64,000 nt of DNA from Rikenellaceae bacterium. Lineage in GTDB: Bacteria > Bacteroidota > Bacteroidia > Bacteroidales > Rikenellaceae. The notes beneath the pieces were generated by a model. That model searched no databases. It was not told where the DNA came from and saw only the letters and a list, made by a program, of their open reading frames with translations. Of this stretch, positions 49,671 to 60,015 are shown one piece after another. The translations under genes were made by a program, and so were the position numbers. The stretch covers positions 8,722 to 72,721 of the forward strand of contig JBCQTK010000005.1 of assembly GCA_047178665.1 (NCBI GenBank). Direction: 5' to 3'. Each line of letters begins with the position of its first letter. Positions within the stretch are counted from its first letter, which is position 1.

Positions 49671-50741
49671 TTAGGCGGCGAATATCTTTAGGATCAGTTC
49701 GCGCAACACCTCGCCGTCGCTCTCGCCTCCGCGGTTCATACCCTTGCTCTTGGCATCGTACTCGCGCATTAGCCCCAGGATGTTGTAGACCTTGCGGTTG
49801 TTCCATACGCCGCAGAGCCTCTTGAGATCCGACAGTGCGTAGGTGTTGTTGAGTTTCAGTATGCGCATTAGATCTGTGTCGTTGGGGAACGCTGCGCCTC
49901 GATGTTGCGACATCCACCGCAGGTAGTTGATCGTGAAGAGCCTCTTGAACTCGCCAAATAGAACCTGCACGCTCAGCAGAAGTGGATACCCCTTGGGGTT
50001 CTGTGCGAAGTGGTCGGCTATGCGGAGTGCGCGGAGTTTGTCGCGCGTGGTGACAGCGTTGCATAGCTCGAAGTTGTTGAACTCTCTCGATATGCCGATG
50101 TGTTGTTCGATGTGTTCGTCGTTGATGATCTGCGTGCCCTCGGGTAGTGCGAGGATGAGTTTCGACACCTCGCCTGCGATCTTCGAGATCTCGGTGCCGA
50201 GGTTGTTGGTCAACATCGCGAGCGCCTTGGGGCTTAGCTTCAGACCTCTGCCCGAAAGATACTGCGTCAGCCACCCCCCGATCTCGAAGTCGCGAGGGCG
50301 GATCGACTCGACGACAACGCCATTTTTGTCGATGCTCTTGTAGAGCTGCGAGCGTTTGTCGAGGCTCTTCTCTTTGTGGCAGATGATTAGCACGGTCGAT
50401 TCGACGGGGGTGTTGGTGTAGTAGGTGAGCTTCTCGATCGAACGCAGCTGCTGCGCTTCCTTGACGATCACCACCGACCGTCCGCCCATCATCGGTGCCT
50501 GGCGAGCATAGTTCACCACACTCCCTGCCTCGTGGTCGCGTCCGTAGAGTGTCACCTGGTTGAATGACTGCTCCGCTTCGGTGAGGATAGTCGAGGCTAG
50601 GGCGTCGCAGAGGGTGTCGATGAAGTAGCTCTCGTCGCCCATAAAAAGATATATGGGGGCGAAGCGTCGCGCCCTCACGTCGGACATAACTCTCTCAAAC
50701 TGCTCGACTGTCTCTCTGAATCCTACTCTTTTCTTAGCCAC
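49671..50741 (-). CDS. holA: DNA polymerase III subunit delta
   Basis: PIYLFMGDESYFID, APMM, VKEAQ, IGISREFNNFEL. GTG start. Confidence 0.93.
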   Translation of the reverse strand: MAKKRVGFRETVEQFERVMSDVRARRFAPIYLFMGDESYFIDTLCDALASTILTEAEQSFNQVTLYGRDHEAGSVVNYARQAPMMGGRSVVIVKEAQQLRSIEKLTYYTNTPVESTVLIICHKEKSLDKRSQLYKSIDKNGVVVESIRPRDFEIGGWLTQYLSGRGLKLSPKALAMLTNNLGTEISKIAGEVSKLILALPEGTQIINDEHIEQHIGISREFNNFELCNAVTTRDKLRALRIADHFAQNPKGYPLLLSVQVLFGEFKRLFTINYLRWMSQHRGAAFPNDTDLMRILKLNNTYALSDLKRLCGVWNNRKVYNILGLMREYDAKSKGMNRGGESDGEVLRELILKIFAA

Positions 50742-50753
50742 CTCTCTGTTGTG

Positions 50754-52100
50754 TTAGATTATCTCTTTCGTTATTTTGAGGATGTTTTCGCTCTCCTCCT
50801 CGACTCTATATTTGTCGTCGATGCGTCGTCCGATCAGCCACACTATCTCGTCGGCTGAGGTGAGGACGAATTGCCGCTCCTTCTCTGGCATCGACACCTT
50901 CTCGTCGATCAGGAAGTCGCTCACTTTCTTGTGACCGCTCATCCCCAGTGGGGTGAATGTGTCGCCCTCGCGCCACTTGCGCAGTGTAAGCGGATATTTT
51001 AGCTTATCGGCGTCGATGAGTGCTGTGTTGTCGCCGAGGTCGAAGCTCTCGATTAGGTCGATCACAATCTTCTCGAAGTAGAGCACCGAGTTGCCGCAGT
51101 AGCTACGTGTAGCGCTCTCGTCAACCTCCACCTCGCAGCTGTCATCGGCGTCGATCGCCTTGATGAGGATCTCGCCACGGTCGATGTATGCCACATAATC
51201 TTTGGCGTAGAATCGTCTGCCCGACGCTCCGCTGTTGAGCGAACGGATGAGCGAGTCGGTGACGTCGCCCTTGAATCCGAAGCGTGTGTTGAGCATCTCG
51301 TAGATCACAAATGTGCGCGGCATCTCCTTCGATATTTTATCCACCTGGAGGCGATAAATCTCCCCCTCCTCGCTAATCACCTCGGTGGCGATCTGTGCGA
51401 TGCAGTGGTTGATGAAGTTCTGTGCGTCGCCCAGTCGGCTGAGGTTCGATCGCATCAGCTGTGTGAATTTGGGGTTTATCTCGCGCAGGCGAGGTACTAG
51501 CCCGAGGCGGATCTTGTTGCGCAGATACTTCGTCGAGCGGTTCGACGAATCCTCTCGATAGGGGATGTGGTTGGCTGCCGCATATTCGAGTATCTCCTTG
51601 CGTGTGGCGAAGCTGAGCGGACGTACCACCTTGCCGATCTGCTTCTTGATACCTGTCAGCCCCCTCAGCCCTGTTCCGCGGAAGAGGTTGATGAAGAATG
51701 TCTCGATCGAGTCGTCGGCGTGGTGGGCAACGGCGATTACGGTGTAGCCGTGGTCGATGCATATCCTCTCGAACCACGCGTAGCGCAGGCGTCTTGCCGC
51801 CATCTCCATCGACTCGCCCGTGCGATCCATCTCTGCCGTGGTCTCGAATCGTTGGTTGTAGAACCCTACGCCATACTCTGCTGCGCGCTCCTCGACGAGA
51901 ACCTCATCCTCCTCGCTCTCCTCGCCGCGCAGTTGGAAGTTGCAGTGTGCGACACCGACGTTGTAGCCGCTCTTCGTGAAGAGGTCGAGCAACACCATCG
52001 AGTCGACTCCGCCAGATACTGTTAGCAGGATCTTGTCACCCTGTGTAGCCAGCGCATTCTGCTCTACGTAGTCTTGGAATTTATCTAGTAAGTTTTTCAT
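50754..52100 (-). CDS. tilS: tRNA(Ile)-lysidine synthase
   Basis: SGGVDS, ARRLRY, AHHADD, EDSSN, RNKIR. Confidence 0.97.
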   Translation of the reverse strand: MKNLLDKFQDYVEQNALATQGDKILLTVSGGVDSMVLLDLFTKSGYNVGVAHCNFQLRGEESEEDEVLVEERAAEYGVGFYNQRFETTAEMDRTGESMEMAARRLRYAWFERICIDHGYTVIAVAHHADDSIETFFINLFRGTGLRGLTGIKKQIGKVVRPLSFATRKEILEYAAANHIPYREDSSNRSTKYLRNKIRLGLVPRLREINPKFTQLMRSNLSRLGDAQNFINHCIAQIATEVISEEGEIYRLQVDKISKEMPRTFVIYEMLNTRFGFKGDVTDSLIRSLNSGASGRRFYAKDYVAYIDRGEILIKAIDADDSCEVEVDESATRSYCGNSVLYFEKIVIDLIESFDLGDNTALIDADKLKYPLTLRKWREGDTFTPLGMSGHKKVSDFLIDEKVSMPEKERQFVLTSADEIVWLIGRRIDDKYRVEEESENILKITKEII

Positions 52101-52110
52101 TCTCTGTTAT

Positions 52111-53130
52111 TTACAGTATGTTCACCTCGGTCTCTATCTCGACGCCAAATCGCTCCACGATCATACGTTGGATCTTGCGTGCGAGGGCAATTATCTCCTC
52201 GCCTGTTGCGCCTCCATAGTTGACTAGCACCAGTGCCTGTCGGTCGTGTACGCCAGCTGCTCCCTCGCGGTAGCCCTTCATACCGACTTGGTCGATTAGC
52301 CACCCTGCGGCGAGTTTCGTATGCGCCTGATCCCCCTCGATCGGGTAGTGAGGCATCGTGGGGTAGTCTGCTATTAGCTCCTCGACCTTGTGGTTTGCGA
52401 CTGCAGGGTTCTTGAAGAAGCTGCCTGCGTTGCCGAGTGTTGTGGTGTCGGGTAGTTTCTCTCGTCGGATCTCGCATATCACATCGCGGATGTTGCGAAG
52501 CGTTGCCCCTCCGCGCGCCTCGACCCTCGCCATTACGTCGGCATATTCGCAGCGTGGTGTGGCGATCTTCGACAGACGGAGGGTGATGGCGGTGACTATG
52601 ACGCGCCCCTTGAGTTCGTGCTTGAAGATGCTTTCGCGGTAGGCGAAGCGACACTCTTCTCGCATTAATATATAGGTATCGAGCGTCGTAGTGTCGAAAC
52701 ACTCCACCTGCTCCACCACATCTTTGATCTCGACGCCATACGCGCCTATGTTCTGCACAGGTGCTGCGCCAGCCTTGCCAGGTATGAGCGAGAGGTTCTC
52801 TGCGCCCCACAGACCTCGTTCGACACACCACTCGACGACGTCGTCCCACTCCGCAGCAGCCTCGACGCGGATAGTTGCCGACAGATCATCCTCCGCGACG
52901 ATCTCTATCGCCGTCGCTATAGGTGTAAGAATGGTGGGTTCAACATCTTTGGTGAAGAGGATGTTGTTGCCGCCACTCACTACAATCCACTCGCTCGGAG
53001 GGTTGTTGGTGGGGTCGAAGATGCTTCTCAGATCATCGGTTGAGCTGTACTCAACGACACTACGAGCCTCCACTGCTAGGTGAAAGCTGTTGCGCGACTC
53101 TATTGTTATGTTGTTAAAAACGGTAATCAT
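52111..53130 (-). CDS. murB: UDP-N-acetylenolpyruvoylglucosamine reductase
   Basis: GGNN, IPGKAGAAPVQNIGAYG, GNAGSFFKNP, QALVLVN, EVN. ATG at 53130. Confidence 0.96.
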   Translation of the reverse strand: MITVFNNITIESRNSFHLAVEARSVVEYSSTDDLRSIFDPTNNPPSEWIVVSGGNNILFTKDVEPTILTPIATAIEIVAEDDLSATIRVEAAAEWDDVVEWCVERGLWGAENLSLIPGKAGAAPVQNIGAYGVEIKDVVEQVECFDTTTLDTYILMREECRFAYRESIFKHELKGRVIVTAITLRLSKIATPRCEYADVMARVEARGGATLRNIRDVICEIRREKLPDTTTLGNAGSFFKNPAVANHKVEELIADYPTMPHYPIEGDQAHTKLAAGWLIDQVGMKGYREGAAGVHDRQALVLVNYGGATGEEIIALARKIQRMIVERFGVEIETEVNIL

Positions 53131-53136
53131 ACCTTG

Positions 53137-53164
53137 CAAATATAGAGAAATTTTACTAATTTTG
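53137..53164. promoter_or_regulatory. Divergent -7 elements for murB (-) and the DUF4301 gene (+)
   Basis: TATATTTG on the - strand (53144-53137) and TAATTTTG on the + strand (53157-53164). Confidence 0.6.
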
Positions 53165-53206
53165 AAACTTGGATGGTGAGTTTATAACTAAATAAAGAAT
53201 TTATAT

Positions 53207-54643
53207 ATGTTTTCACAACAGGAGATTGAGCAGATAGAGGCTCATAGTCTGACACTTACGGGTGTCGCAAAGCAGATCGAGAACTTCGAGTATGGTTTCC
53301 CATTTCTAAATATCTCACGCGCCGCGAGGGTTGGCGACGGAATAATTTCGATGAGCAGCGAGGAGCTAGAGTCGATGAGCAAGCTATATGAGGCGGAGGC
53401 GAAGAGCCGCAGCGTCGTTAAGTTCGTCCCAGCTTCGGGTGCGGCGACGCGTATGTTCAAGGAGCTCTTTGAGTTTGTCAAGGATGGCAAGCGCGGCAAG
53501 GGGATAGACACGTTGCTCGACAACATCGAGAAGTTCGCATTCTACCCCGAGCTCAAATCGTTGCTCGCCGAGGGTGCGTCGGAGCGAGATGTGGTGTCGG
53601 CAATCATCCTTGAGGGGTTGGAGTATGGCTCAAAGCCTAAGGCGTTGGTGTCGTTCCATAGCTACGAGGAGGGTGCTCGCAAGGCTGTTGAGGAGCACCT
53701 GGTGGAGGGTGCACTCTACGCTGCGGCGGATGGCGTGGCGCGTATTCACTTCACTGTGTCGCCCGAGCATTTGGCAGGTTTCGAGGCTCTCATCGCGGAG
53801 TGTGTCGAGAGGTATGCGGCGCACTATGGCGTGAAGTATGAGATCTCGTTCTCTACGCAGAAGTCGTCGACCGACACAATCGCTGTGAATCCCGACAACA
53901 CCCCATTCTTGACCGACGACGGCAAGCTATTGTTTCGTCCTGCGGGGCACGGTGCACTGATCGAAAACATCGGCGACATAGATGCTGATCTGATCTTCGT
54001 CAAGACTATCGACAACGTCACGACAGATGCTCTGCGTGGCGACACGGTTATGTATAAGAGCGCTCTTGCTGGTATGTTGCTCGATCTTCAGGCGCAGTCG
54101 TTTGACTACATTCGCTCGATCGACGCAGGCGTGGTATCGAATATGCAGGAGATCGCGGAGTTCGTCACCGACAAGTTGATGTATAGGCTCAACGATAGCT
54201 ACACGATGGCGGATCTACGTGGGGTGTTGGATCGTCCGATTCGCCTCTGTGGAATGGTGCGCAACGAGGGTGAGCCTGGCGGAGGACCATTCTGGGTGTC
54301 GAATGAGGATGGTTCGCAGTCGTTGCAGATTGCGGAGTCGAGCCAGATCTCGCCTGCTCAGATCTCGTTGATGAAGGAGGCTACACACTTCAACCCTGTC
54401 GATTTGGTCTGCGGTGTGCGCAACTATCAGGGTGAGAAGTTCGACCTCGCTAACTATGTCGATGAGCTCACGGGCTTCATCTCGGAGAAATCGAGCGGCG
54501 GACGCGACCTCAGGGCGCAGGAGTTGCCAGGTCTGTGGAACGGAGCTATGGCTAGGTGGAACACGATATTTGTGGAGGTTCCGATCTCTACGTTTACCCC
54601 CGTCAAGGTGGTGCAAGATCTGTTGAGAGTGCAGCATCAGTAG
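53207..54643 (+). CDS. DUF4301 family protein (nucleotidyltransferase-like)
   Basis: KFVPASGAATRMFK, RPAGHGAL, GEPGGGPF, ELPGLWNG. Confidence 0.85.
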   Translation: MFSQQEIEQIEAHSLTLTGVAKQIENFEYGFPFLNISRAARVGDGIISMSSEELESMSKLYEAEAKSRSVVKFVPASGAATRMFKELFEFVKDGKRGKGIDTLLDNIEKFAFYPELKSLLAEGASERDVVSAIILEGLEYGSKPKALVSFHSYEEGARKAVEEHLVEGALYAAADGVARIHFTVSPEHLAGFEALIAECVERYAAHYGVKYEISFSTQKSSTDTIAVNPDNTPFLTDDGKLLFRPAGHGALIENIGDIDADLIFVKTIDNVTTDALRGDTVMYKSALAGMLLDLQAQSFDYIRSIDAGVVSNMQEIAEFVTDKLMYRLNDSYTMADLRGVLDRPIRLCGMVRNEGEPGGGPFWVSNEDGSQSLQIAESSQISPAQISLMKEATHFNPVDLVCGVRNYQGEKFDLANYVDELTGFISEKSSGGRDLRAQELPGLWNGAMARWNTIFVEVPISTFTPVKVVQDLLRVQHQ

Positions 54644-54797
54644 TATAATAACGCCTTTGTGACTAAAAAAAGTTACAGAGGCGTTATTTTTTTAAAATAA
54701 ATTACTATATTACGCAAAGTTTTTTTACATTGCACGCAGTTATTTGGCATACACGGTTGTCGAAAAGATATAATAACATATAATATATAGGTATAGT

Positions 54798-55412
54798 ATG
54801 GAGAGCAAATTACAGGAGTTGACCCAGAAACTCTATGACGAGGGTCTACAGAGGGGTCGTTCGGAGGCTGACGAGGTTGTCGCAAAGGCGAAGTCTGAGG
54901 CGGCAAAGATTGTGGAGTCGGCTGAGGCTGAGGCGAAGAGAATAGTCGCTGAGGCTGAGGCAAAGGCGGCAGATATGGCGAAGAACTCGTTGACCGAGAT
55001 CTCGATGGCAGGTCGTCAGGCACTCACCAAGATCAAGGCGGAGATCGAGAACGTTATCGTGACGAAGTCGATCGAGGCAGGTGTGAAGAGCGCAAATGTA
55101 GATGGCAAGTTCATCAGTGAGATGATGCTGGCTATCGCAAAGGGGTGGAGTGGCGCCGACTCGGGCATTGTGTCGCTTGCGGCGTTGCTGCCTGAGGCGC
55201 AGAAGAGTTCGTTGGACGCAGCTATCAAGAAGAGTGCAGCGGAGTTGTTGAAGGCTGGTGTCGAGGTCGGCTACTCGTCGCAGGTGAAGAGCGGATTCAA
55301 GATCGGAGAGAAGGGGGGCGGCTACTACATATCGTTCTCGGATGATGACTTCGACGGCTTGATGCGCGTATATCTTCGTGAGAGGGTGTCGGATCTACTT
55401 TTTAAGGCGTAG
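54798..55412 (+). CDS. ntpE: V/A-type ATPase subunit E
   Basis: MESKLQELTQKLYDEG coiled coil, GFKIG; first gene of the operon. Confidence 0.85.
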   Translation: MESKLQELTQKLYDEGLQRGRSEADEVVAKAKSEAAKIVESAEAEAKRIVAEAEAKAADMAKNSLTEISMAGRQALTKIKAEIENVIVTKSIEAGVKSANVDGKFISEMMLAIAKGWSGADSGIVSLAALLPEAQKSSLDAAIKKSAAELLKAGVEVGYSSQVKSGFKIGEKGGGYYISFSDDDFDGLMRVYLRERVSDLLFKA

Positions 55413-55417
55413 ACGCT

Positions 55418-56263
55418 ATGTTCGGCAAACAATATATCTGTTTAGTCGCGGGGCTTCACGAATATACCCTTGAGTCGGACGCCAAAGGATTGGATCTTGC
55501 GGTGTTGCTGGAGGAGGTGTACGAGGAGTTTTCGAGAAGCGATGCGGAGCTAGTGAAGCTGCTCTATTGCTACTACGACTGCGAGAATATCGCCGCTGCG
55601 TATGGCTCGCGGTCGAACTTCAACCCACTGGGACGCCTCTCGCGCGAGAGTGTTGCGGCGCTCTTGTCGGGCGACGACAGTGGCGAGGAGAACCCTATGG
55701 ATGAGCTGCCCGAGGAGGTGGCGCGGGTTGTCGAGCTCTACACATCGAAGGAGAACCGAGATATGGGTGAGACGACGCAGAGTTTCGATCGCGCACTCTT
55801 TGCAGCCTACTACGTGGCGTGTGCAAACTCGCGCAGTCGACTCCTCAGGGAGTGGTGCGAGGCGGATCGCAACCTGCGAAATGTGGCTGCAGCGATCACC
55901 GCACGAGGCGCAGGACGCGCTGTTGAGGAGGTTGTTGTGGGCGAGGGCGGAGTTGTCGATCAGCTTGTTCGCTCCTCTGCGGCAGACTTCGGACTGAGGG
56001 GTGAACTGAGCTACATAGATGCTGTCATTGGCGCTGTGAGCGACGAGCCCAACTTGGTGGAGAAGGAGCGACGCATTGATCTCGTGAGATGGGGTGTGGT
56101 CGAGGAGCTGATGGAGGGTGAGTACTTCAGTGCCGACTATGTGTTGGGATACCTTGTGAAGGTCAACATTGTGGCAAGGTGGCGATCACTCGACCCACAG
56201 CGCGGACGCGAGATGTTCGATAGGCTGATGGCAGAGCTGAGCGGTAAGGATTTGATAAAATAA
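55418..56263 (+). CDS. DUF2764 family protein (V-ATPase subunit C-like)
   Basis: Y.CLVAGL, NLRNV, E..ID..RW; position between subunits E and A. Confidence 0.8.
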   Translation: MFGKQYICLVAGLHEYTLESDAKGLDLAVLLEEVYEEFSRSDAELVKLLYCYYDCENIAAAYGSRSNFNPLGRLSRESVAALLSGDDSGEENPMDELPEEVARVVELYTSKENRDMGETTQSFDRALFAAYYVACANSRSRLLREWCEADRNLRNVAAAITARGAGRAVEEVVVGEGGVVDQLVRSSAADFGLRGELSYIDAVIGAVSDEPNLVEKERRIDLVRWGVVEELMEGEYFSADYVLGYLVKVNIVARWRSLDPQRGREMFDRLMAELSGKDLIK

Positions 56264-56280
56264 AAATGGGATAGTATAAT

Positions 56281-58038
56281 ATGAAAACTACGGGACGTGT
56301 AAATGGTATCATCGCCAATATCGTGATCGTCAAGACTGACGGAGCGGTTGGTCAGAACGAGATTTGTTACGTAAATTGTGGTGAGATAAAGATGATGGCT
56401 GAGGTCATCAAGATCGTGGGCGACTCCGCCTACGTGCAGGTTTTCGACTCTACGCGAGGTCTAAAGATAGGCGACGCAGTTGAGTTTCAGGGGCATATGT
56501 TGGAGGCGACGCTCGCCCCAGGACTCTTGTCGAAGAACTACGATGGTCTGCAGAACGATTTGGAGAAGATGGATGGACTATTCATCGATCGCGGATCGGC
56601 AACGGAGCCTATCGACTTCGATGCTGCATACGACTTTACACCCATCGCAAAGGTGGGCGACAAGGTGACGGCAGCCTCTTGGTTGGGCGAGGTGAAGGAG
56701 CAGTGGGTAGCCCACAAGATTATGGTTCCTTTCATTATGACGGGCGACTACGAGGTGAAGAGTGTGGCGAAGGCGGGCAACTATAAGGTGACAGATACGA
56801 TCGCCGTGGTGACTGACTCCGACAACAACGAATACCCCATAACGATGATTCAGCGCTGGGCTGTGAAGCAGGCGGTGAGGAGCTATGTGGCGAAACCACG
56901 CCCCTCGAAGGTGATGGAGACAGGTGTGCGAGCGATCGACACATTCAACCCATTGGCGGAGGGCGGTACGGGCTTCATCCCAGGACCTTTCGGTGCGGGT
57001 AAGACGGTGCTGCAGCACGCTATATCGAAGCAGGCGGAGGCGGATGTAATCATCATCGTTGCCTGCGGAGAGCGCGCCAACGAGGTTGTTGAGATCTTCG
57101 CGGAGTTCCCCGAGTTGATCGATCCTCGCACGGGTCACAACTTGATGGAGCGTACGATCATCATCTGCAACACATCGAATATGCCAGTTGCGGCGCGTGA
57201 GGCGTCGGTCTACACAGGAATGACCATCGGCGAGTACTACCGCGCGATGGGTCTGAAGGTGTTGGTTATGGCGGACTCGACCTCTCGTTGGGCGCAGGCT
57301 CTGCGTGAGATGTCGAACAGGTTGGAGGAGCTGCCAGGACAGGATGCCTTCCCGATGGATCTGTCGGCAATCATCTCTAACTTCTACTCGCGCGCAGGTT
57401 TGGTCGAGTTGGTGGGTGGCGGTACAGGATCGGTGACGTTCCTCGGTACTGTCTCGCCTGCAGGAGGTAACTTGAAGGAGCCTGTGACGGAGTCGACGAA
57501 GAAGGCTGCACGTTGTTTCTACGCCCTCTCGCAGGGTCGTGCGGACTCGAAGCGCTATCCTGCGATCGACCCTATCGACTCATACTCGAAGTATTTGGAG
57601 TATCCTGAGGTGAGCTCATATCTCGACGAGCACGTGGAGAAGCAGTGGGTCGATAAGATCTACGCTGCAAAGACATTGGTGCAGAGAGGTAAGGAGGCGA
57701 ACGACCAGATCAACATCTTGGGCGACGACGGTGTGCCTGTCGAGTACCACGAGAGCTTCTGGAAGTCGGAGTTGATCGACTTCGTGATATTGCAGCAGGA
57801 CGCCTTCGACGACATCGACGCCAGCACACCGATGGTTCGCCAGCAGTATATGCTCAAGTTTATACTCGGCATCTGCAACACGTCGTTTGGATTCAAGGAG
57901 TTCGAGAGTTGCATATCGTTCTTCAAGACGTTGATCAACCTCTTCCGCCAGATGAACTATGCGGAGTGGCAGTCGGCGAAGTTCGAGGAGTATCGTCTGC
58001 AGATCGAGAAGTTGATTTCAGATAATAGCGCAAAATAA
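56281..58038 (+). CDS. ntpA: V/A-type ATPase subunit A
   Basis: GPFGAGKT, CGERANE, NTSNMPVAAREAS, DSTSRWAQA. Confidence 0.97.
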   Translation: MKTTGRVNGIIANIVIVKTDGAVGQNEICYVNCGEIKMMAEVIKIVGDSAYVQVFDSTRGLKIGDAVEFQGHMLEATLAPGLLSKNYDGLQNDLEKMDGLFIDRGSATEPIDFDAAYDFTPIAKVGDKVTAASWLGEVKEQWVAHKIMVPFIMTGDYEVKSVAKAGNYKVTDTIAVVTDSDNNEYPITMIQRWAVKQAVRSYVAKPRPSKVMETGVRAIDTFNPLAEGGTGFIPGPFGAGKTVLQHAISKQAEADVIIIVACGERANEVVEIFAEFPELIDPRTGHNLMERTIIICNTSNMPVAAREASVYTGMTIGEYYRAMGLKVLVMADSTSRWAQALREMSNRLEELPGQDAFPMDLSAIISNFYSRAGLVELVGGGTGSVTFLGTVSPAGGNLKEPVTESTKKAARCFYALSQGRADSKRYPAIDPIDSYSKYLEYPEVSSYLDEHVEKQWVDKIYAAKTLVQRGKEANDQINILGDDGVPVEYHESFWKSELIDFVILQQDAFDDIDASTPMVRQQYMLKFILGICNTSFGFKEFESCISFFKTLINLFRQMNYAEWQSAKFEEYRLQIEKLISDNSAK

Positions 58039-58064
58039 TCTATGTTGCTTAATAATATAGGAGT

Positions 58065-59384
58065 ATGACAAAGAGTGCATTTCAAAAGATATATACAAAG
58101 ATTGACAACATCACAAAGGCGACGGTGACACTCCGTGCCTCGGGTGTTGGCAATGAGGAGTTGGCGACCGTAGATGGTGAGTTGGCTCAGGTGGTAAAGG
58201 TGATGGGCGACAACGTAACGCTGCAGGTGTTTGCTGGAACAGAGGGTATTAGGACTGATTCGGAGGTTATCTTCCAGGGTCGTCCACCGATGTTGAGGGT
58301 GTCGGACAGCTTGGCTGGTCGCTTCTTCAACGCCTACGGAGAGCCTTTGGAGGGTGGTGAGCCCATCGAGGGTGAGGAGCGCGAGATTGGAGGACCTACG
58401 GTCAATCCGTTCCGTCGTATTCAGCCCTCGGAGCTGATCGCCACAGGTATCGCAGGTATCGACCTCAACAACACGATTGTGTCGGGTCAGAAGATCCCAT
58501 TCTTCGCCGATCCTGACCAGCCCTACAACGCTGTGATGGCGAATGTGGCGCTGAGAGCAAAGGCAGATAAGATCATATTGGGCGGTATGGGACTCACCAA
58601 CGACGACTTCTTGTACTTCAAGAGTGTGTTCGAGAACGCTGGTGCGTTGGATCGTATCGTCTCGTTTGTCAACACCACGGAGAATGCGCCAGTGGAGCGA
58701 TTGCTGGTGCCCGATATGGCGCTTACGGCGGCGGAGTACTTCGCAGTCGACAAGGGCGAGAAGGTGTTGGTGCTGTTGACAGATATGACGCTATATGCCG
58801 ATGCGTTGGCTATTGTGTCGAACCGTATGGATCAGATCCCCTCGAAGGACTCGATGCCTGGTTCGTTGTATTCGGACTTGGCGAAGATCTACGAGAAGGC
58901 TGTGCAGCTGCCAAATGGAGGCTCTATCACCATCATTGCGGTGACGACACTCTCGGGCGGCGACATTACGCACGCTATTCCCGACAACACTGGTTACATC
59001 ACGGAGGGACAGCTATTCTTGCGCAACGACTCCGATACGGGTAAGGTTATTGTCGATCCGTTCCGCTCGTTGTCGCGTTTGAAGCAGTTGGTTATCGGCA
59101 AAAAGACGCGCGAGGATCATCCACAGGTGATGAATGCGTGTGTGCGACTCTATGCTGACGCTGCGGGTGCAAAGACTAAGTTGGAGAATGGTTTCGACCT
59201 CTCGGACTACGATGAGCGCTCGTTGAAGTTCGCCCACAGCTACTCGGAGAAGTTGCTTGCGATCGACATCAACATCGAGATTGAGGAGATGTTGGATACG
59301 GCGTGGAGGCTCTTTGGCGACTACTTCACACCCGAGGAGGTCGCTATCAAGCAGGAGCTTGTCGACAAGTACTGGAAGGCATAA
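58065..59384 (+). CDS. ntpB: V/A-type ATPase subunit B
   Basis: GQKIP, LTDMT, LYSDLAKIYE, PDNTGYITEGQ. Confidence 0.97.
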   Translation: MTKSAFQKIYTKIDNITKATVTLRASGVGNEELATVDGELAQVVKVMGDNVTLQVFAGTEGIRTDSEVIFQGRPPMLRVSDSLAGRFFNAYGEPLEGGEPIEGEEREIGGPTVNPFRRIQPSELIATGIAGIDLNNTIVSGQKIPFFADPDQPYNAVMANVALRAKADKIILGGMGLTNDDFLYFKSVFENAGALDRIVSFVNTTENAPVERLLVPDMALTAAEYFAVDKGEKVLVLLTDMTLYADALAIVSNRMDQIPSKDSMPGSLYSDLAKIYEKAVQLPNGGSITIIAVTTLSGGDITHAIPDNTGYITEGQLFLRNDSDTGKVIVDPFRSLSRLKQLVIGKKTREDHPQVMNACVRLYADAAGAKTKLENGFDLSDYDERSLKFAHSYSEKLLAIDINIEIEEMLDTAWRLFGDYFTPEEVAIKQELVDKYWKA

Positions 59385-59403
59385 CAACATAACAGATTGA
59401 GTT

Positions 59404-60015
59404 ATGGCAATTAAATTTCAATATAACAAAACCTCGCTGGGGGATCTGGGCAAGCAGCTCAAGATGCGCCAGAAGGCTCTGCCGACTATCAAGAGTAAGG
59501 AGTCGGCGTTGCGTAGCGAGGTGAAGAGGGCTAAGGAGGATGCGCGGAGCTATCGCACACGTCTCGACGCACTCAGGGAGCAGTATGACTATATGGTCGC
59601 TCTGTGGGGTGAGTTTGACGCGGGTGTGCTCTCGATCCAGGATGTGGAGCTGACGGAGCAGAAGATTGCAGGCGTGAGGACTCCGCTGTTGGGTCGTGTG
59701 CTCTTCGAGGAGAGGGATTACGATCTCTTCTCGTCGCCCATCTGGTTTCGCTCGGGCGTGGAGCTGCTGAAGCAGTTGGCTACGTTGAGTCTCGAATATG
59801 AGATCTACAACCGCAAGATGGAGCTTCTGGATTACGCTCGCCGCAAGACGACGCAGAAGGTCAATCTCTACGAAAAGGTGCAGATACCAGGGTATGAGGA
59901 CGCCATCCGCAAGATCAAGCGATTTATGGAGGATGAGGAGAATCTATCTAAGTCGGCACAGAAGATCGTGAAAACTAAACAACAGAGTGCCGATCAGGAG
60001 GGGGCGATGCTATGA
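59404..60015 (+). CDS. ntpD: V/A-type ATPase subunit D
   Basis: LPTIKSKE and KTTQKVNLYEKVQIP. Confidence 0.95.
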   Translation: MAIKFQYNKTSLGDLGKQLKMRQKALPTIKSKESALRSEVKRAKEDARSYRTRLDALREQYDYMVALWGEFDAGVLSIQDVELTEQKIAGVRTPLLGRVLFEERDYDLFSSPIWFRSGVELLKQLATLSLEYEIYNRKMELLDYARRKTTQKVNLYEKVQIPGYEDAIRKIKRFMEDEENLSKSAQKIVKTKQQSADQEGAML

